Source of the DNA: Eledone cirrhosa
Taxonomy: Eukaryota
Assembly (NCBI GenBank): GCA_964016885.1
Contig: OZ024740.1
Span: forward strand, 440,758,001-440,822,000
Direction of reading: 5' to 3'
Length of the DNA stretch: 64,000 nucleotides
This document shows, piece by piece, positions 45,366-59,771 of the stretch. The position numbers and the translations under genes were made by a program. The notes beneath the pieces are model-generated. The model saw nothing but the letters and a program-made list of their open reading frames with translations, made no database searches and was not told the origin of the DNA. Within the stretch, counting starts at the first letter, position 1. Each line of letters begins with the position of its first letter.

Positions 45366-45580
45366 CAATATAGACAGTTTTATAGATAAATAGATTTGAC
45401 ATACCGTTCAACATCGACTTGTATTTGAAAAAGTTGATTTGGCAGTCAAATCAACTTTTTCAAATACAAGTCGATGTTGAACGGTATGTCAAATCTATTT
45501 ATCTATAAAACTGTCTATATTGTATTTTGTCTGAAGAAGGCATAACATATTGTTAATATGATATCCCTGAAATATATATA

Positions 45581-45767
45581 ATTGTTTCTACTTTTGGCAC
45601 AAGGCCATCAATTACCCAGTACATTACTGGTACTTTATTTTATCGACCCCGTAAGGATGAAAGGCAAAGTTAACCTCGGCGGGATTTGAACTCAGACCGC
45701 AAAGGGACGTAACTATGCTGGAAAGCATGGCGTCCGACTCTCTACCGATGCTGCCAATCCACCGCCC
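45581..45767 (-). mobile_element. Full-length tRNA-derived SINE
   Basis: A and B boxes; TSD tgaaatatatataat at 45568-45582 and 45769-45783. Confidence 0.9.
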
Positions 45768-46082
45768 TTGAAATATATATAATGAAATAGATATGGTTAT
45801 ATAAATATAGTTTCCATTTATTTAATATCGTATATTATATATGTGTGTGTGTGTGTGTGTATATAATTACATATACATATGTGTGTGTGTTTAATATGTA
45901 TACGTGTGCGTGTTTGTGTATGTATGTGTTTTTGTGTTTGTTTATGTATATTTATGTGTGAGAGTGTGTGTATGTGTTTACTGTTTCGTACGTATGTGTG
46001 CGTGCTTTTTTGTGTGTATTACTTACTACGCGTGTCTGTCCTGTTAGCTGGGTCATGTATCGCTGTCAAAAATAAAAATAAA

Positions 46083-46118
<36 letters not shown>

Positions 46119-46389
46119 CTTATTTTTATTTGCATGTGCGAATATGTAGAGGAGTGCATTCATGTATGTGTATGTATGTACGTTTTGTATGTTTGTGTGA
46201 ATGTATGTATGTGTGTGTATATATGTGTGTGTGTATGGCTATGTTTGTGTATGTGTATGCTTGTACACACACATGTGTATGTGTGTGTATGTGTGTGTGT
46301 GTGTATATGTATGTATATGTATATATATATATATATATGTACACATATATATATATATGTGTGTGTGGATATGTGCGTGTGTGTGTGTA

Positions 46390-46442
<53 letters not shown>

Positions 46443-46534
46443 GTGTATATGTATTAATGTATGTATGTGTATATGTGTGTATATATGTGCTTGTGTAGGT
46501 AAGTGTACGTTTTTTAATTATATGTGTGTATGTG

Positions 46535-46601
<67 letters not shown>

Positions 46602-46759
46602 GTGTGTAAGTATGCTTTTGGGTTTTTTGTGTGTGTGTTTGCATGCGTCGTTTTATTTTATTTTATTTTTCCTATCCTTCTCCCTTCTCCAGCCTCACTT
46701 TCATATAGATTGTATTTTTTGGTTTGTAATCCAAATTCAATAAACAAACCAGCTTTTTC

Positions 46760-46815
46760 CCGTTCTGAGGATTGAAAGCAAAACCTTTTGCTTTTAAGAA
46801 ACCACTGGTAAATGG
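46760..46815 (+). ncRNA. Type I hammerhead
   Basis: ccgtt-ctgagga-ttgaaagcaaaa/ttttgcttttaa-gaaacc-act-ggta-aatgg; GUA triplet. Confidence 0.85.
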
Positions 46816-46937
46816 AATAATTGCCTTATGTTGTTTATTACATAATAATAATAATTAAGCTCTGTTGCATACATAGAGCACTCTTTATTCCTGGACTTTT
46901 CCGATGGAATTACTTCATTTATATATATATATATATA

Positions 46938-47143
46938 ACGAAGGAAATGTGGTAAGGAACCAGGTGGACCATAACGCACCAAAGTACTCAATACTTGAGG
47001 TAGTAGAGTGGGTAATAGGAACCAGTAAGACCCCGACAGCTGAGCTCAAGCCGTTTCGACGGCTAATTCTGGACTAAATGAACATTTAGTCCAGAATTAG
47101 CCGTCGAAACGGCTTGAGCTCAGCTGTCGGGGTCTTACTGGTT

Positions 47144-47146
<3 letters not shown>
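46938..47146. mobile_element. Short fold-back element, same family as 371-563
   Basis: Perfect arms ~47015-47080/47083-47148, left extension, TA flanks. Confidence 0.75.
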
Positions 47147-47186
<40 letters not shown>

Positions 47187-47460
47187 GGAATAGAATGAAA
47201 CGAAATTTCATTTCTCACTCTTGGTACGGAACTTACTTACGATGCTGGCGATAGCTAATAAACTTGAAACTAGTACATCGTTACTGTGTCAGTGTTGAAC
47301 AAAAAGGTGACGTGGTTGCCTAAACACTGTACGGCGTAATTCGGGCTGTTCGTTTGTTTACAAACAAACAAACCGAGCATTATAATATGTGCATATATAT
47401 ATGTGTGCATGTATGTATATATATATATATATACATACTACTGTACGTCTGTATACATAT

Positions 47461-50400
47461 AGAGAGCCAATACGTACAGAAGGGAGGAGAGGGGGCACCA
47501 CTGCCTGATGGACCGGGTGATTTGAAACGGCTCCGAGAGGTAGCCGTTTACTTTAACCCTAGAGCAGACGTTGCCACTGTGCATGGCAGAAATCCAGCCC
47601 CAGAAAACGGGTCCGAAGCCCGCCGCCGCTAACACCGCATCCAAGTAACCATGGTCGACCCTATCGAACGCCTTAGATTGATGCAATTTGATCAGGGCCC
47701 CCACCAAAGCCGGGTTCGTTCACAACCCTTTCTACGATGTATCGCATGAGGTGGAGGTTGTCGTGAATGGACCTGGACGGGATAGCGCATGTCTGCGCGT
47801 CTCCCACCAAGCCACTCACCACAAGCGCCAACCTCTTCGCTAACACCTTGGCCAAAATCTTTAACTCTGCATTCAGCAGAGTTATGGGCCTAAAGTTACT
47901 TAAGTCGTCCCCCTTGCTCTCGTCCTTCCTCACTAGCGTGACCACGCCCTTGGTCACAGAACAGGGAATTCTCCCGTTCTGTTGCCAGTTGCAATAGACA
48001 ACCTCGAGGAGTTCGGAGAACAAGACCGGCATAGCTAAATAAAGTTCGTATGGTAGACCATCGAGACCCGGAGATTTGCGTCTGCTGCATTGGCTGAGCG
48101 CTTCCCCGATTTCAGTGGCTGTGATTGGCCTCTCGCAGCACTCCGCTTCGCCGCTCGAAAGACGCGGTAGACCGTCGAGGTATGGACCGAAGTCCACATC
48201 CCCGTCCGGCCCCCCGCCCCCTCCGAACAGTCGAGAAAAGTGCCTTTGAAAGGCCTCGCACATCCGCTCAGGTTCAAGGATCACCCGTCCATCCTGGTCT
48301 CGCAAAGACCGAATGGTGGATTTAATCCCACTCTTGGCTTCTGTCACGCGGGCCCAGCTAACAGCTTTGGCCCCTCGTTTCCTAAAGCACGTATTTTACT
48401 TCGGACAACGCAGCCTTCGTGCTTCGCGTCAAAGAACTGGCTCAACGCCGTTCTCGCCGCTAACACTCTGGCCACGTCTCCGCTCCTAATCGCCTCTTCT
48501 AGTTTATCTGTCAACTCCCTTTTCCTCCTATTTCTATTCGCCGCTAGTTCCTTACTGTAACCTATCGAACTTACTCTAATCTCTCTCTTTAGAGATACCC
48601 ACCACCTACTGTTGACGATCGCTCCCGTCAACCGCATCTTAACTAAGCTACTAATCCGGTTCCTGTAATCTTTCTTTGCCGGCAAGGACAAGTTCATCTT
48701 CCAGTAACCGGGACCCTGTCTATGCGTTCTATCAAGGTTGACCACGCAGGTCACTAATTTGTGATCTGAATAGTCAACCATGAGCAATTCCGGACAACTA
48801 AATACGTCCCTATCCTTACTCCTAACCAAAAACCTATCTAGGTACGATCTAGATTGACCACTGCGGTTTGCCCAAGTCCAGGTTGGCACAGTTGGAAAAT
48901 CTAGTCGAAATCTATCGACCAGGTCGAATCGATCGGGTATTTGGAGTTGTGTCAGGGAGAGGGGAGGTTATGGGGAAATCTTTCAAGAGGACGCGATTTA
49001 ACGGTTTTAAACAGAGGGGGGGGGGGGCTCACGTCCTGTCTAAATTGTTCTTTTAAGGAACGATAAAGGTCCAGAGGGACCTTTATCATTTTTCAATGAG
49101 TAATGTTCTCTGTTGAGATAGTTTGGCCCTTTGGTCTGCACCAAAGGGCTATTGTTTATTAATTTAAACAGTTTTTTGTTTTCTTTATTTATATATGTGT
49201 ATTGTAAAGTCTTTTTTTGTGATGCTGTCAATGTTTCGAAGAGGGGAGGCGCAGATTTATTTTTGTTTGTCGAGGGTGGGGTGTTTTTGATTGGAGTTGG
49301 TGTTTGTGTGTGGGTTATTTGTTGTTGTGGTGTGCTGGGTGTGTGCTTTCGTTTTTTCCTTTTAACTTGTCTGAAGGCTTCTCCTCCTTCTTCTTCAGAA
49401 GTTGGGGGAAACTCTTCAGCGCTAGGTGGGAGGGACGTGGTGTCTGGTTGTTTTTTTTGCGGGAGGGGTAGAATTGTTGCTGTTTTTTATATTATTTGTT
49501 TGGAATGTGTTTTGTGGTGGTGGTGGTGATGTTTGTGTCGTGCTTGTGGTTGGTGATGGTGGTGGTGGTGTTTGTGTTGTGCTTGTGGTTGGTGATGGTG
49601 GTGGTGATTTTTGTGTTGTGCTTGTGGTTGGTGGTGTCTGTATTTTGTTCGTTGTGTGTGTTGGTGGTGTTAGTGTATTTTTGGAGGTGGGTGGTGTTGG
49701 TGTACTGTTTGTGGTGGGTGTGGGCAATAGTCCTTTTTTGGGGATACGATTCGGGCAGTTAGCCTTAACGCGTCCCCTTTTCATGCATGAATAGCATGTT
49801 GGACTTCTCCCCTCTACAATTATATATATTGGGGTGAGGTCATCCAGCCAGATGCGATCCGGGATTTGTGCCACTCTTTCGGGTCTCATTTGGACTAGTA
49901 GGTCGAGGCCCATTCCCAGGAACGCATCTCCAGATGCCTTCCCCATTGACAGCACTGTGTCCTCGCCCATGTCTATGAAGCCAGCAATAGCCCACCAGAA
50001 GTCCATTGTGGGCAGCATTGTTTGTACTTTGACTCTCTGTGTTCTTCTACCCATGTAGGAGGGATGGAAGCTGTATGCTGTTGATGTGAGTGGGCTTAGG
50101 GAAAGCCACTGTGCTGTTTCTTTGTTGTCTTTTGTTAAAACAGAAATGCTGCCATAGAGTCGGTCCTTTCGTATGAAGAGAATATTCTTCATATGGTCTT
50201 TTAGGACCAACTCTATCTCCGTTTGGGTGGGTTGTGCTGGCTTCCTTGTGTTGTTTAGGACTGTTCTAAACAGAACAGTGTTTTCTTGAAATCTGGGGGT
50301 GGGGGGGGATTAATGGAAAACATTCCGTTCTCCCCCAAGTCTATGTGCTTTTTTGCTTCTGCCAGTTTCTCTCTGGCGGCAGTTAAGTCAATAGGTGTAT

Positions 50401-50825
50401 ATGTGATTGATTTTTTTGTTGTCTGGGCGAAAGTTGCCTTGTTGTTTTTTGTATTCTTGTTTTCTGTTTGTTTGTTTTCCGTTTGCTCATTTTCCGTAAC
50501 ATTTGTTTTTTCATTTTCCTTGTTTGTTTCGTTGTCTAGTTTTGTTGTATCCATTTTTTGTTCTTCAGACTTGGGGGGCGTGGCAGAGCTAATGGCAGAC
50601 ATGTCTGCCATCTTTCCCGCCATGCGGCCAAGAAAGAAGTTTTACAGAAAAATAGTTATTTATTTTACCCCCTAAAAAGGGGGTAAATGTCAAAATGTTT
50701 CCCTAAATAACAGGGGTAAGTGTTCCAAATGTATTGAACTGAAAAAATTCACTGGTACTTACTATAGTAGGGGTAAATTCCGATAGAATAGCAGAGCCGA
50801 TGTGAAGCGTGTCTCACTCTATCAA
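47461..50825 (-). mobile_element. L1/Tx1-clade LINE copy A (3'-truncated, internal deletion)
   Basis: ORF1 fragments 50255-50623 and 49422-50210; ORF2 fragments with SDH, PGLDG, FRPITLLN, KAFD. About 640 bp present in copy B is missing at ~48935. Confidence 0.9.
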
Positions 50826-51087
50826 GATAGATAGATAGATAGATAGATTTCTATTTATTTGCTACGAGGGCACAAAAGAAGGGGAAAAATACACAGTGGG
50901 GGGAGTTTACATAAATCGAGTAAAGAAAAAAAGGAATAACAGAATAACAATAATAATATAATAATAAAAAGTCCTCAAAAGGGAGGGGGTGTGTTGGGGA
51001 TTGCACATACCCCCGAAAAGTGTGCAACCCTTTTCGCGGGGGAAGCCCAGAGAGGAGGCGCTCCCCCTTTCCTCTTCACTTCTTCAC

Positions 51088-54000
51088 CTACAGAACAATG
51101 TAGAGAGAAGCCCCATTTACACGAGCCATTCTCGCTTCTTTCACCCACCTTTCATAAAACTGTCTGCGGCCAAGCACTTCTCTCTCCATCCTGATCCTTC
51201 TTCGGAAGTGGTATCGGAAGAAGTAAACCAAGTGATGGCCGGAGAGAAAGTCACCCGACCTCAGACCTTTCAGGCGCGTCCACCACACAACCTCTTTCAT
51301 CATGGCTATTACGCACAGAAAGACCGCCTCTGCTTCATCTCTGAAGGGAGGAGGCGGCTTGATGTTCACCACAGACTCGGCGGTTAATCGAATCGGCCCC
51401 TCACGCGACAGCAGTCGTTCGACGTAGCCCCACAGATCGGCAACGCCCGGGCAGTGTACCAGTGCATGCGCAACGGTTTCCTCGTCGCGCACGCATCTGA
51501 GACAGATCTTTTTCGCGGGATCCCTGCCCGGGCGCCCGTGTCTGTAGAGCTTTTCTCGAACGGGCAGAGCCCCCCGGTAACACTGCCAGGCTAGGGACCT
51601 CTGGAAGTTGTCCATGGGTCCCGGGCCGAAAGTTCTACCGAACAGGCTGGCCAGTTCGTCCTCCTTCATGCCTAGCGACTCTCCAAGGGTGTCGTCGCCC
51701 CTGCTAGCCACCAGCCCTCTATAGAATGTTGAGGTGGATTCTCCAATGATAGTCGGGTCCGCTTGCCAGATAGCCGTGAGCGCATGGGCACACTCGGTGT
51801 GCCAGTTGCCCAGTTTTCTCGGTCTTTGCTTCACACAGGATTGCAGCTCGGTGAGCGAGACGAGCTGTGGGAAGGCTCGCCTCACAAACGGGGCCCACAC
51901 TGGCTGACCGGTGAGGAATACCTGTAGATGCCGTAGCCTCAATGCGTGCCTACGCATCAACAGCCACGGCATACCCAGCCCTCCTTTCGAAGGGTGCTGG
52001 CAGCAGATGGATCTCCTCACCATGGGAGGCCGCTTCTTCCAGAGGAACTGGAAGAGCATGCGTTCCATGATGGTGAGCTTTTCCTTGGGGCAAGGCACGA
52101 CGGTCAGGCGGTAGTAGATGACGGACGCTATGTAAGCGTTCGTCACCTCCGCCCGACCTTTCAGTGATAGTTTGCACTTGGCCCACTTCTGGGTCAGCGC
52201 AAACACCCTGCTCGTCACCTCGCCCCAATTCTTCTCCACCTGGAGGTCCGGTCCGAACCATACCCCGAGCAGCTTCACCGGGCCCTCCGTCCACCGCCCG
52301 ACGACACCGTCTAACGGCATCAGTTTGCCCCTCCACGTTCCGAGTTGCAAACCGACTGACTTGTCCCGGTTCAGCCTAGCCCCGTCAGCCTTTCGTATTC
52401 CTCCAGTAGGTTGGCGATCGCCCCGATTTCCAAGGCGTCCGCCACCATTACTGTTACGTCGTCGGCATAGGCCGAGACCGCTTTGTGCAATCCCTGTTCC
52501 AGGGGTATGCCCCGCAGCAACTCCAACTTCCGCAGCAGTGGCTCGAGAGTCAATACGTACAGAAGGGAGGAGAGGGGGCACGCCTGTCTGATGGACCGGG
52601 TGATTTGAAACGGCTCCGAGAGGTAGCCGTTTACTTTAATCCTAGAGTAGTTGTTGCCACTGTGCATGGCAGAAATCCAGCCCCTGAAAACGGGTCCGAA
52701 GCCCGCCGCCGCTAGCACCGCATCCAGGTAACAAATGGTCGACCCTATCGAACGCCTTAGATTGATCCAAGTTGATCAGGGCCCCACCAAAGCCGGTTCG
52801 TTGCCAACCCTCTCTATGATGTATCGCATGAGGTGGAGGTTGTCGTAAATGGACCTGGACGGGATAGCGCATGTCTGCGCGTTTCCCACCAAACCACCCA
52901 CCACAAGCGCCAACCTCTTCGCTAACACCTTGGCCAAAATCTGTAACTCTGCATTCAGCAGAGTTATGGGCCTAAAGTTACTTAAGTCGTCCCCCTTGCT
53001 CTCGTCCTTCCTCACTAGCGTGACCACGCCCTTGGTCACAGAACAGGGAATTCTCCCGTTCTGTTGCCAGTTGCAATAGACAACCTCGAGGAGTTCGGAG
53101 AACAAGACCGGCATAGCTAAATAAAGTTCGTATGGTAGACCATCGAGACCCGGAGATTTGCGCCTGCTGCATTGGCTGAGCGCTTCCCCGATTTCAGTGG
53201 CTGTGATTGGCCTTTCGCAGCACTCCGCTTCGCCGCTCGAAAGACGCGGTAGACCGTCGAGGTATGGACCGAAGTCCACATCCCCGTCCGGCCCCCCGCC
53301 CCCTCCGAACAGTCGAGAAAAGTGCCTTTGAAAGGCCTCGCACATCCGCTCAGGTTCAAGGATCACCCGTCCATCCTGGTCTCGCAAAGACCGAATGGTG
53401 GATTTAATCCCACTCTTGGCTTCTGTCACGCGGGCCCAGCTAACAGCTTTGGCCCCTCGTTTCCTAAAGCACGTATTTTACTTCGGACAACGCAGCCTTC
53501 GTGCTTCGCGTCAAAGAACTGGCTCAACGCCGTTCTCGCCGCTAACACTCTGGCCACGTCTCCGCTCCTAATCGCCTCTTCTAGTTTATCTGTTAACTTC
53601 CTTTCCTTCCTATTTCTATTCGCCGCTAGTTCCTTACTGTAACCTATCGAACTTACTCTAATCTCTCTCTTTAGAGATACCCACCACCTGCTGTTGACGA
53701 TCGCTCCCGTCAACCGCATTTTAACTAAGCTACTAATCCGGTTCCTGTAATCTTTCTTTGCCGGCAAGGACAAGTTCATCTTCCAGTAACCGGGACCCTG
53801 TCTATGCGTTCTATCAAGGTTGACCACGCAGGTCACTAATTTGTGATCTGAATAGCCAACCATCAAAAACCTATCTAGGTACGATCTAGATTGTCCACTG
53901 CGGTTTGCCCAGGTCCAGGTTGGCGCAGTTGGACAATCTAGTCGAAATCTGTCGACCAGGTCGAATCGATCGAGTAACCCCTTGAGGCTGCTACACCACC

Positions 54001-54474
54001 CTCTATCGGGACATGCCTCTGCATAGTCCCAACGCGCATCTAGGATTCCATTCCAGTCCCCCACTAAAAGCAGGGAACGCGACGTTCCTAGAAAAGTCTC
54101 CAGACGCTGGAAGAAGTCGGCTCTTTCAGCCCCGAAGGGGGCATAAAGACCGACCAGTCTGAAAGCCCCGCCTTCACCGCCTCCGACGTCCAGCACCAGT
54201 AATAGACCCCCCCGGGTCCGAGTGAACAATCTGTACGTCGCGAGCCAGACGTTTATCCAGCAGTATGGCAACTCCCCCCCCCTCCGCCTCCAGGTTGACA
54301 GAGAGATGCGTGCATCGCAAAGTCATCGAAGGCGGGAGCCAGCTGTCGCACGCTGCTGATCCGACTCTCGCAAACAACCATCACATCTATACTTCGTGAC
54401 CTGAGGTCACTTAGAAGCTTTGCTTGCTTCCAAGCTGAGCCCAGGCCACGCGCGTTCAAACAGCCAACTCTCAA
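51088..54474 (-). pseudogene. LINE ORF2 (APE, RT, C-terminal CCHC)
   Basis: LNARGL, YAP, GDWN, SDH, NLDQSKAFD, SAYADD, KLLGVWF, GGLG, CLRC...HALVHC; several frameshifts. Confidence 0.92.
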
Positions 54475-54479
54475 TTGAT

Positions 54480-56299
54480 CTATTTTGGTGTTGAAAGTGA
54501 AGAAAGAAAAGCACCTACCTCTCCGGGTTGTGTAATTTCCATGGCGTCAGGTGTGTTGGGTGGAGGGATGTTTTGTGGTGGTGTGGGGGTACCCGAGTGT
54601 GGTGGGGTTGGGGTATTTGGAGTTGTGTCAGGGAGAGGGGAGGTTATGGGGAAATCTTTCAAGAGGACGCGATTTAACGGTTTTAAACAGGGGGGGGGGG
54701 CTCACGTCCTGTCTAAATTGTTCTTTTAAGGAACGATAAAGGTCCAGAGGGACTTTTATTATTTTTAAATGGGTGAAGTTCTCTGTTGAGATAAAGTTTG
54801 GCTCTTCGGTCTGCACCAAAGGGCTATTGTTTATTAATTTAAACAGTTTTCTGTTTTCTTTATTTATATATGTGTATTGCAACGTCTTTTTTTGTGATGC
54901 TGTCAATGTTTCGGAGAGGGGAGGCGCAGATTTAATTTTGTTTCTTGAGGGTGGGGTGTTTTTGATTGGAGTTGGTGTTTGTGTGGGGGTTATTTGTGGT
55001 GTGCTGGGTGTGTGCTTTCTTTTTTTTCTTTTAACTTGTCTGAAGGCTTCTCCTCCTTCTTCTTCAGAAGTTGGGGGAAACTCTTCAGCGCTAGGTGGGA
55101 GGGACGTGGTGTCTGGTTGTTTTTTTTTTTGCGGGAGGGGTAGAATTGTTGCTGTTTTTTTTATTATTTGTTTGGAATGCGTTTTGTGGTGGTGGTGGTG
55201 GTGACGTTTGTGTCGTGCTTGTGGTTGGTGATGGTAGTGGTGGTGTTTGTGTTGTGGTTGGTGATGGTGGTGGTGATGTTTGTGTTGTGCTTGTGGTTGG
55301 TGGTGTCTGTATTTTGTTTGCTGTGTGTGGTATTAGTGTATTTTTGGAGGTGGGTGGTGTTGGTGTACTGTTTGTGGTGGGTGTGGGCAATAGTCCTTTT
55401 TGGGGGATACGTTTCGGGCAGTTAGCCTTAACGTGTCCCCTTTCCGTGCATAAATAGCATGCTGGTCTTCTCCCCTCTACAATTATATATATTGGGGTGA
55501 GGTCATCCAGCCAGATGCGATCCGGGATTTGTGCCACTCTTTCGGGTCTCATTTGGACTAGTAGGTCGAGGCCCATTCCCAGGAACGGATCTCCAGATGC
55601 CTTCCCCATTGACAGCACTGTGTCCTCGCCCATGTCTATGAAGCCAGCAATAGCCCACCAGAAGTCCATTGTGGGCAGCATTGTTTGTACTTTGACTCTC
55701 TGTGTTCTTCTACCCATGTAGGAGGGATGGAAGCTGTATGTTGTCGATGAGAGTGGGCTTAGGGAAAGCTTCTGCGCCGTTTCCTTGTCTTTTGTTAAGA
55801 CCGAAATGCTGCCATAGAGTCGGTCCTTTCGTATGAAGAAAATATTCTTCATATAGTCTTTTAGGACCAACTCTATCTCCATTTGGCTGGACTGTGCTGG
55901 CTTTCTCGTTTGGTTTAATATTGTTCTGAAGAGAACTGTGCTCTCTGTTCTCGCTTTCTTGAATTCTGGGGGGGGGGGGAGTTAATGGAAAACATTCCGT
56001 TCTCCCCCAAGACTATGTGTTTTTTTGCTTCGGCCAGTTTTTCTCTGGCGGCAGTTAAGTCTATTGGTGTATATGTTATGGACTGTTTTGTTTTCTGGGC
56101 GAAAGTTGCCTTGTTGTTATTTGTGTTCTTATTTTCTGTTTGTTTGTTTTCCGTTTGCTCATTTTCCGTAACATTTGTTTTTTTCATTTTCCTTGTTTGT
56201 TTCGTTGTCTAGTTTTGTTGTATCTATTTGTTTTTGTTCTTCAGACTTGGGGGGCATGGCAGAGCTAATGGCAGACATGTCTGCCATCTTTTCCGCCAT
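54480..56299 (-). pseudogene. LINE ORF1 (gag-like, CCHC knuckle, Pro/Thr-rich)
   Basis: CYLCTERGHVKANC in 55091-55882; split across several frames. Confidence 0.8.
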
Positions 56300-56545
56300 G
56301 CTGCCGAGAAAGAGATTTTACAGCAAAATAGATATTTATTTTACCCCCTAAAAAGGGGGTAAATGTCAAAATGTTTCCCTAAATAACAGGGGTAGGTGTT
56401 TCAAAAGTGTTGCACTGAAAAAATTATCTGGTACTTACTATAGTAAGGTAAATTCCGATGGAATAGCAGAGCCGATGTGAAGCGTGTCTCACTCTATCAA
56501 GATAGATAGATCGATAGACAGATAGATAGATAGAGAGAGAGAGAT

Positions 56546-56604
<59 letters not shown>

Positions 56605-56720
56605 TGGATAGAGAGAGAGGGGCTTGATAGATAGATAGATAGATAGAGAGAGGGAGATGGATAGAGAGAGAGGGATAGAGAGAAAGATAGAGATTCATAG
56701 ATAGATATATAGATAGATAT

Positions 56721-57040
56721 ATTTCTTTATTAGCCACAAGGGCACACAAGAAAAGGGGACAATACAAAGACACATGTCGGGGATTTTACATACAGTCGTG
56801 TAAAAAATATAAAACAAACAATTATAACGATCGAAATCCCGAATAGGGGGGAGGCGTTACAATGGGTTGTTTAATACCCCGTCGATAGAACAACCCTCAA
56901 CTCCAGGAGGGTGTTGTGCAAGTGTTTCCTTCTTCCTTTTGCTCTCTTCTTTAATCTACAGGTTTATATAAAGAGAAGGCCCAATCACTCGGGCCATTTT
57001 CGCTTCATTCACCCATCTTTCAGTAAATTTACTGGGGTCC
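56721..57040 (-). mobile_element. 3' fragment of related L1/Tx1 LINE
   Basis: Similar to 50848-51170 and 60560-60890. Confidence 0.75.
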
Positions 57041-57197
57041 AGTGATAGTTGTATATAAAAGAGTATTTCCTAGGGTACATACACCAGTGTAAGTGTAAAT
57101 GTACATGCTAGTGTGTGTAAATGTATGTGTGTATGTATGTAGATGTATGTAATGTGTATATATGTATGTATATGTATGTATATAGTGTATGTATGTA

Positions 57198-58692
57198 TCG
57201 GGAGAGATGACCCCTTAGCCTTTGTCAAGGCAGAATTCTAGGAGAAGGAAAACTCTGATATAACACCTGCAACCCTGATGGTATCCAATGATGTTGACTT
57301 GTTCTTCTTTTTGGTAAATATCATCTTGGTTAAGAGAGTGGGACTGGCTTTGTGCAGTGCCTTTGCTCACTATAAAAGCTTCACGGCACAGGCATTGCTT
57401 TATATCTGGAGATCTCTCTGCACTTGTCATCACATGGTACCATGGGCCCAGCACTATGTGTCAATAATTGTCACAAGTGTAGTGTTTGTACCAGAGTTTT
57501 CAAGTCCCTGGCTGGACTAAAAAGTCACTCGTTCAGCGCATCGGTAGGGGTTCTCCTACATGGATATAAAGTAGTGGCCGTACTCGAAAACGAGTTGGCA
57601 GCCACCATGTATGTATGTATGTATGTATGTATGTATGTATGTATGTATGTATGTATGTATATGTATGTATGTATGTATTTATGTAATGTGTATATATGTA
57701 TGTATGTATATGTATGTATGTATATATGTATGTATATATGTATAGTTTTCAAGTCGCTGGCTGGACTAAAAAGTCATACTCGTTCAGTGCATCGGTGGAG
57801 GTTCTCCTACATGGATATAAAGTGGTGGCCGTACTCGAAAACGAGTTGGCAGCCACCATGTATATATATAAATGTGTATGTATGTATGTATATATGTATC
57901 CGGGAGAGATGACCCCTTAGCCTTTGTCAAGGCAGAATTCTAAGAGAAGGAAAACTCTGATATAACACCTGCAACCCTGATGGTATCCAATGATGTTGTC
58001 ATGTTCTTCTTTTTGGTAAATATCATCTTGTTTAAGAGAGTGGGACTGGCTTTGTGCAGTGCCTTTGCTCACTATAAAAGCTTCACAGCACAGGCATTGC
58101 TTTATATCTGGAGATCTCTCTGCACTTGTCATCACATAGTACCATGGGCCCAGCACTATGTGTCAATAATTGTCACAGGTGTAGTGTTTGTACCAGCGTT
58201 TTCAAGTCGCTGGCTGGACTAAAAAGTCACACTTGTTTAGCGCATCGGTAGGGGTTCTCCTACATGGATATAAAGTAGTGGCCGTACTCGAAAACGAGTT
58301 GGCAGCCACCATATATGTATATATGTAAGGAAAACTCTGATATAGCACCTGCAACCCTGATGGTATCCAATGATGTTGACTTGTTCTTCTTTTTGGTAAA
58401 TATCATCTTGGTTAAGAGAGTGGGACTGGCTTTGTGCAGTGCCTTTGCTCACTATAAAAGCTTCACGACACAGGCATTGCTTTATATCTGGAAATCTCTC
58501 TGCACTTGTCGTCACATGGTACCATGGGCCCAGCACTATGTGTCAATAATTGTCACAAGTGTAGTGTTTGTACCAGAGTTTTCAAGTCGCTGGCTGGACT
58601 AAAAAGTCACACTCCTTCAGCGCATCAGTAGGGGTTCTCCTATATGGATATAAAGTAGTGGCCGTACTCGAAAACGAGTTGGCAGCCACCAT
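57198..58692 (+). mobile_element. Four tandem 3'-end fragments of an RTE-like LINE
   Basis: [17 protein letters not shown] resembles the last finger of the RTE ORF; each copy ends gtggccgtactcgaaaacgagttggcagccaccat plus TATG-type repeats. Confidence 0.75.
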
Positions 58693-59021
58693 ATATGTAT
58701 GTAGATGTATGTAATGTGTATACAATGTGTGTATATAAACATATGTATGTAAAGTGTCTGTAAAGTTTATAGGCATGTGTGATTGTGTGTATAACAATAA
58801 CTGTTATAATTGTGCCTATAAAATGTCTGTGATGTGTGTATAACGTGTATATAATATAAGTATATATGAGAAGAGTTTGTCAAAAGTCTGGAATTTCTCA
58901 TTAGAAAAGGGAAATATCGAAATTAGAAATTGTATAGATTTATATATAGTATATATATATATATGTTTGTATATATATATATATATATATATATCTTTGT
59001 GTATATATATATATTTTATGT

Positions 59022-59113
<92 letters not shown>

Positions 59114-59156
59114 CCGTCGAAACGGCTTGAGCTCAGCTGTCGGGGTCTTACTGGTT

Positions 59157-59201
<45 letters not shown>

Positions 59202-59315
59202 TTGTATATATATATATAGGAACCAAATAAATATTTTTTTTTTTAAATAAGACTCCAGTTGCATTTTCGTTTTCATCTTTTTTTCTTTATATATATTTAT
59301 ATATATATATATGTT

Positions 59316-59386
<71 letters not shown>

Positions 59387-59533
59387 ATGTATGTTTGTCT
59401 GTTTCATCTACAGAAAAAACAAACAACATGTTGGTATATGATTTGGTTTGGAAATATTGAGTTGATCAGTAAACAAGCTTGGGGATCAATCGCTTTAAGG
59501 CATTTTCCATATATATATATACACTTTCATATG

Positions 59534-59612
<79 letters not shown>

Positions 59613-59685
59613 AGAGACAGAGGAGAGAGAGGTAGATAGATATTTATATACATATGTATATTTAGTTATATGCAGACTTATATAC

Positions 59686-59737
<52 letters not shown>

Positions 59738-59739
59738 CG

Positions 59740-59771
<32 letters not shown>

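Larger units (their letters stand above)
45171..45833. mobile_element. Fold-back pLTR-like insertion; right arm interrupted by a SINE
   Basis: Centre ~45443; arms from ~45257; left tail 45171-45256; related sequence at ~17900-18085. Confidence 0.85.
50848..56499 (-). mobile_element. L1/Tx1-clade LINE copy B, near full length, frameshifted
   Basis: ORF1 and ORF2 both present, AATAAA at the 3' end, (GATA)n on both sides. Confidence 0.93.
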
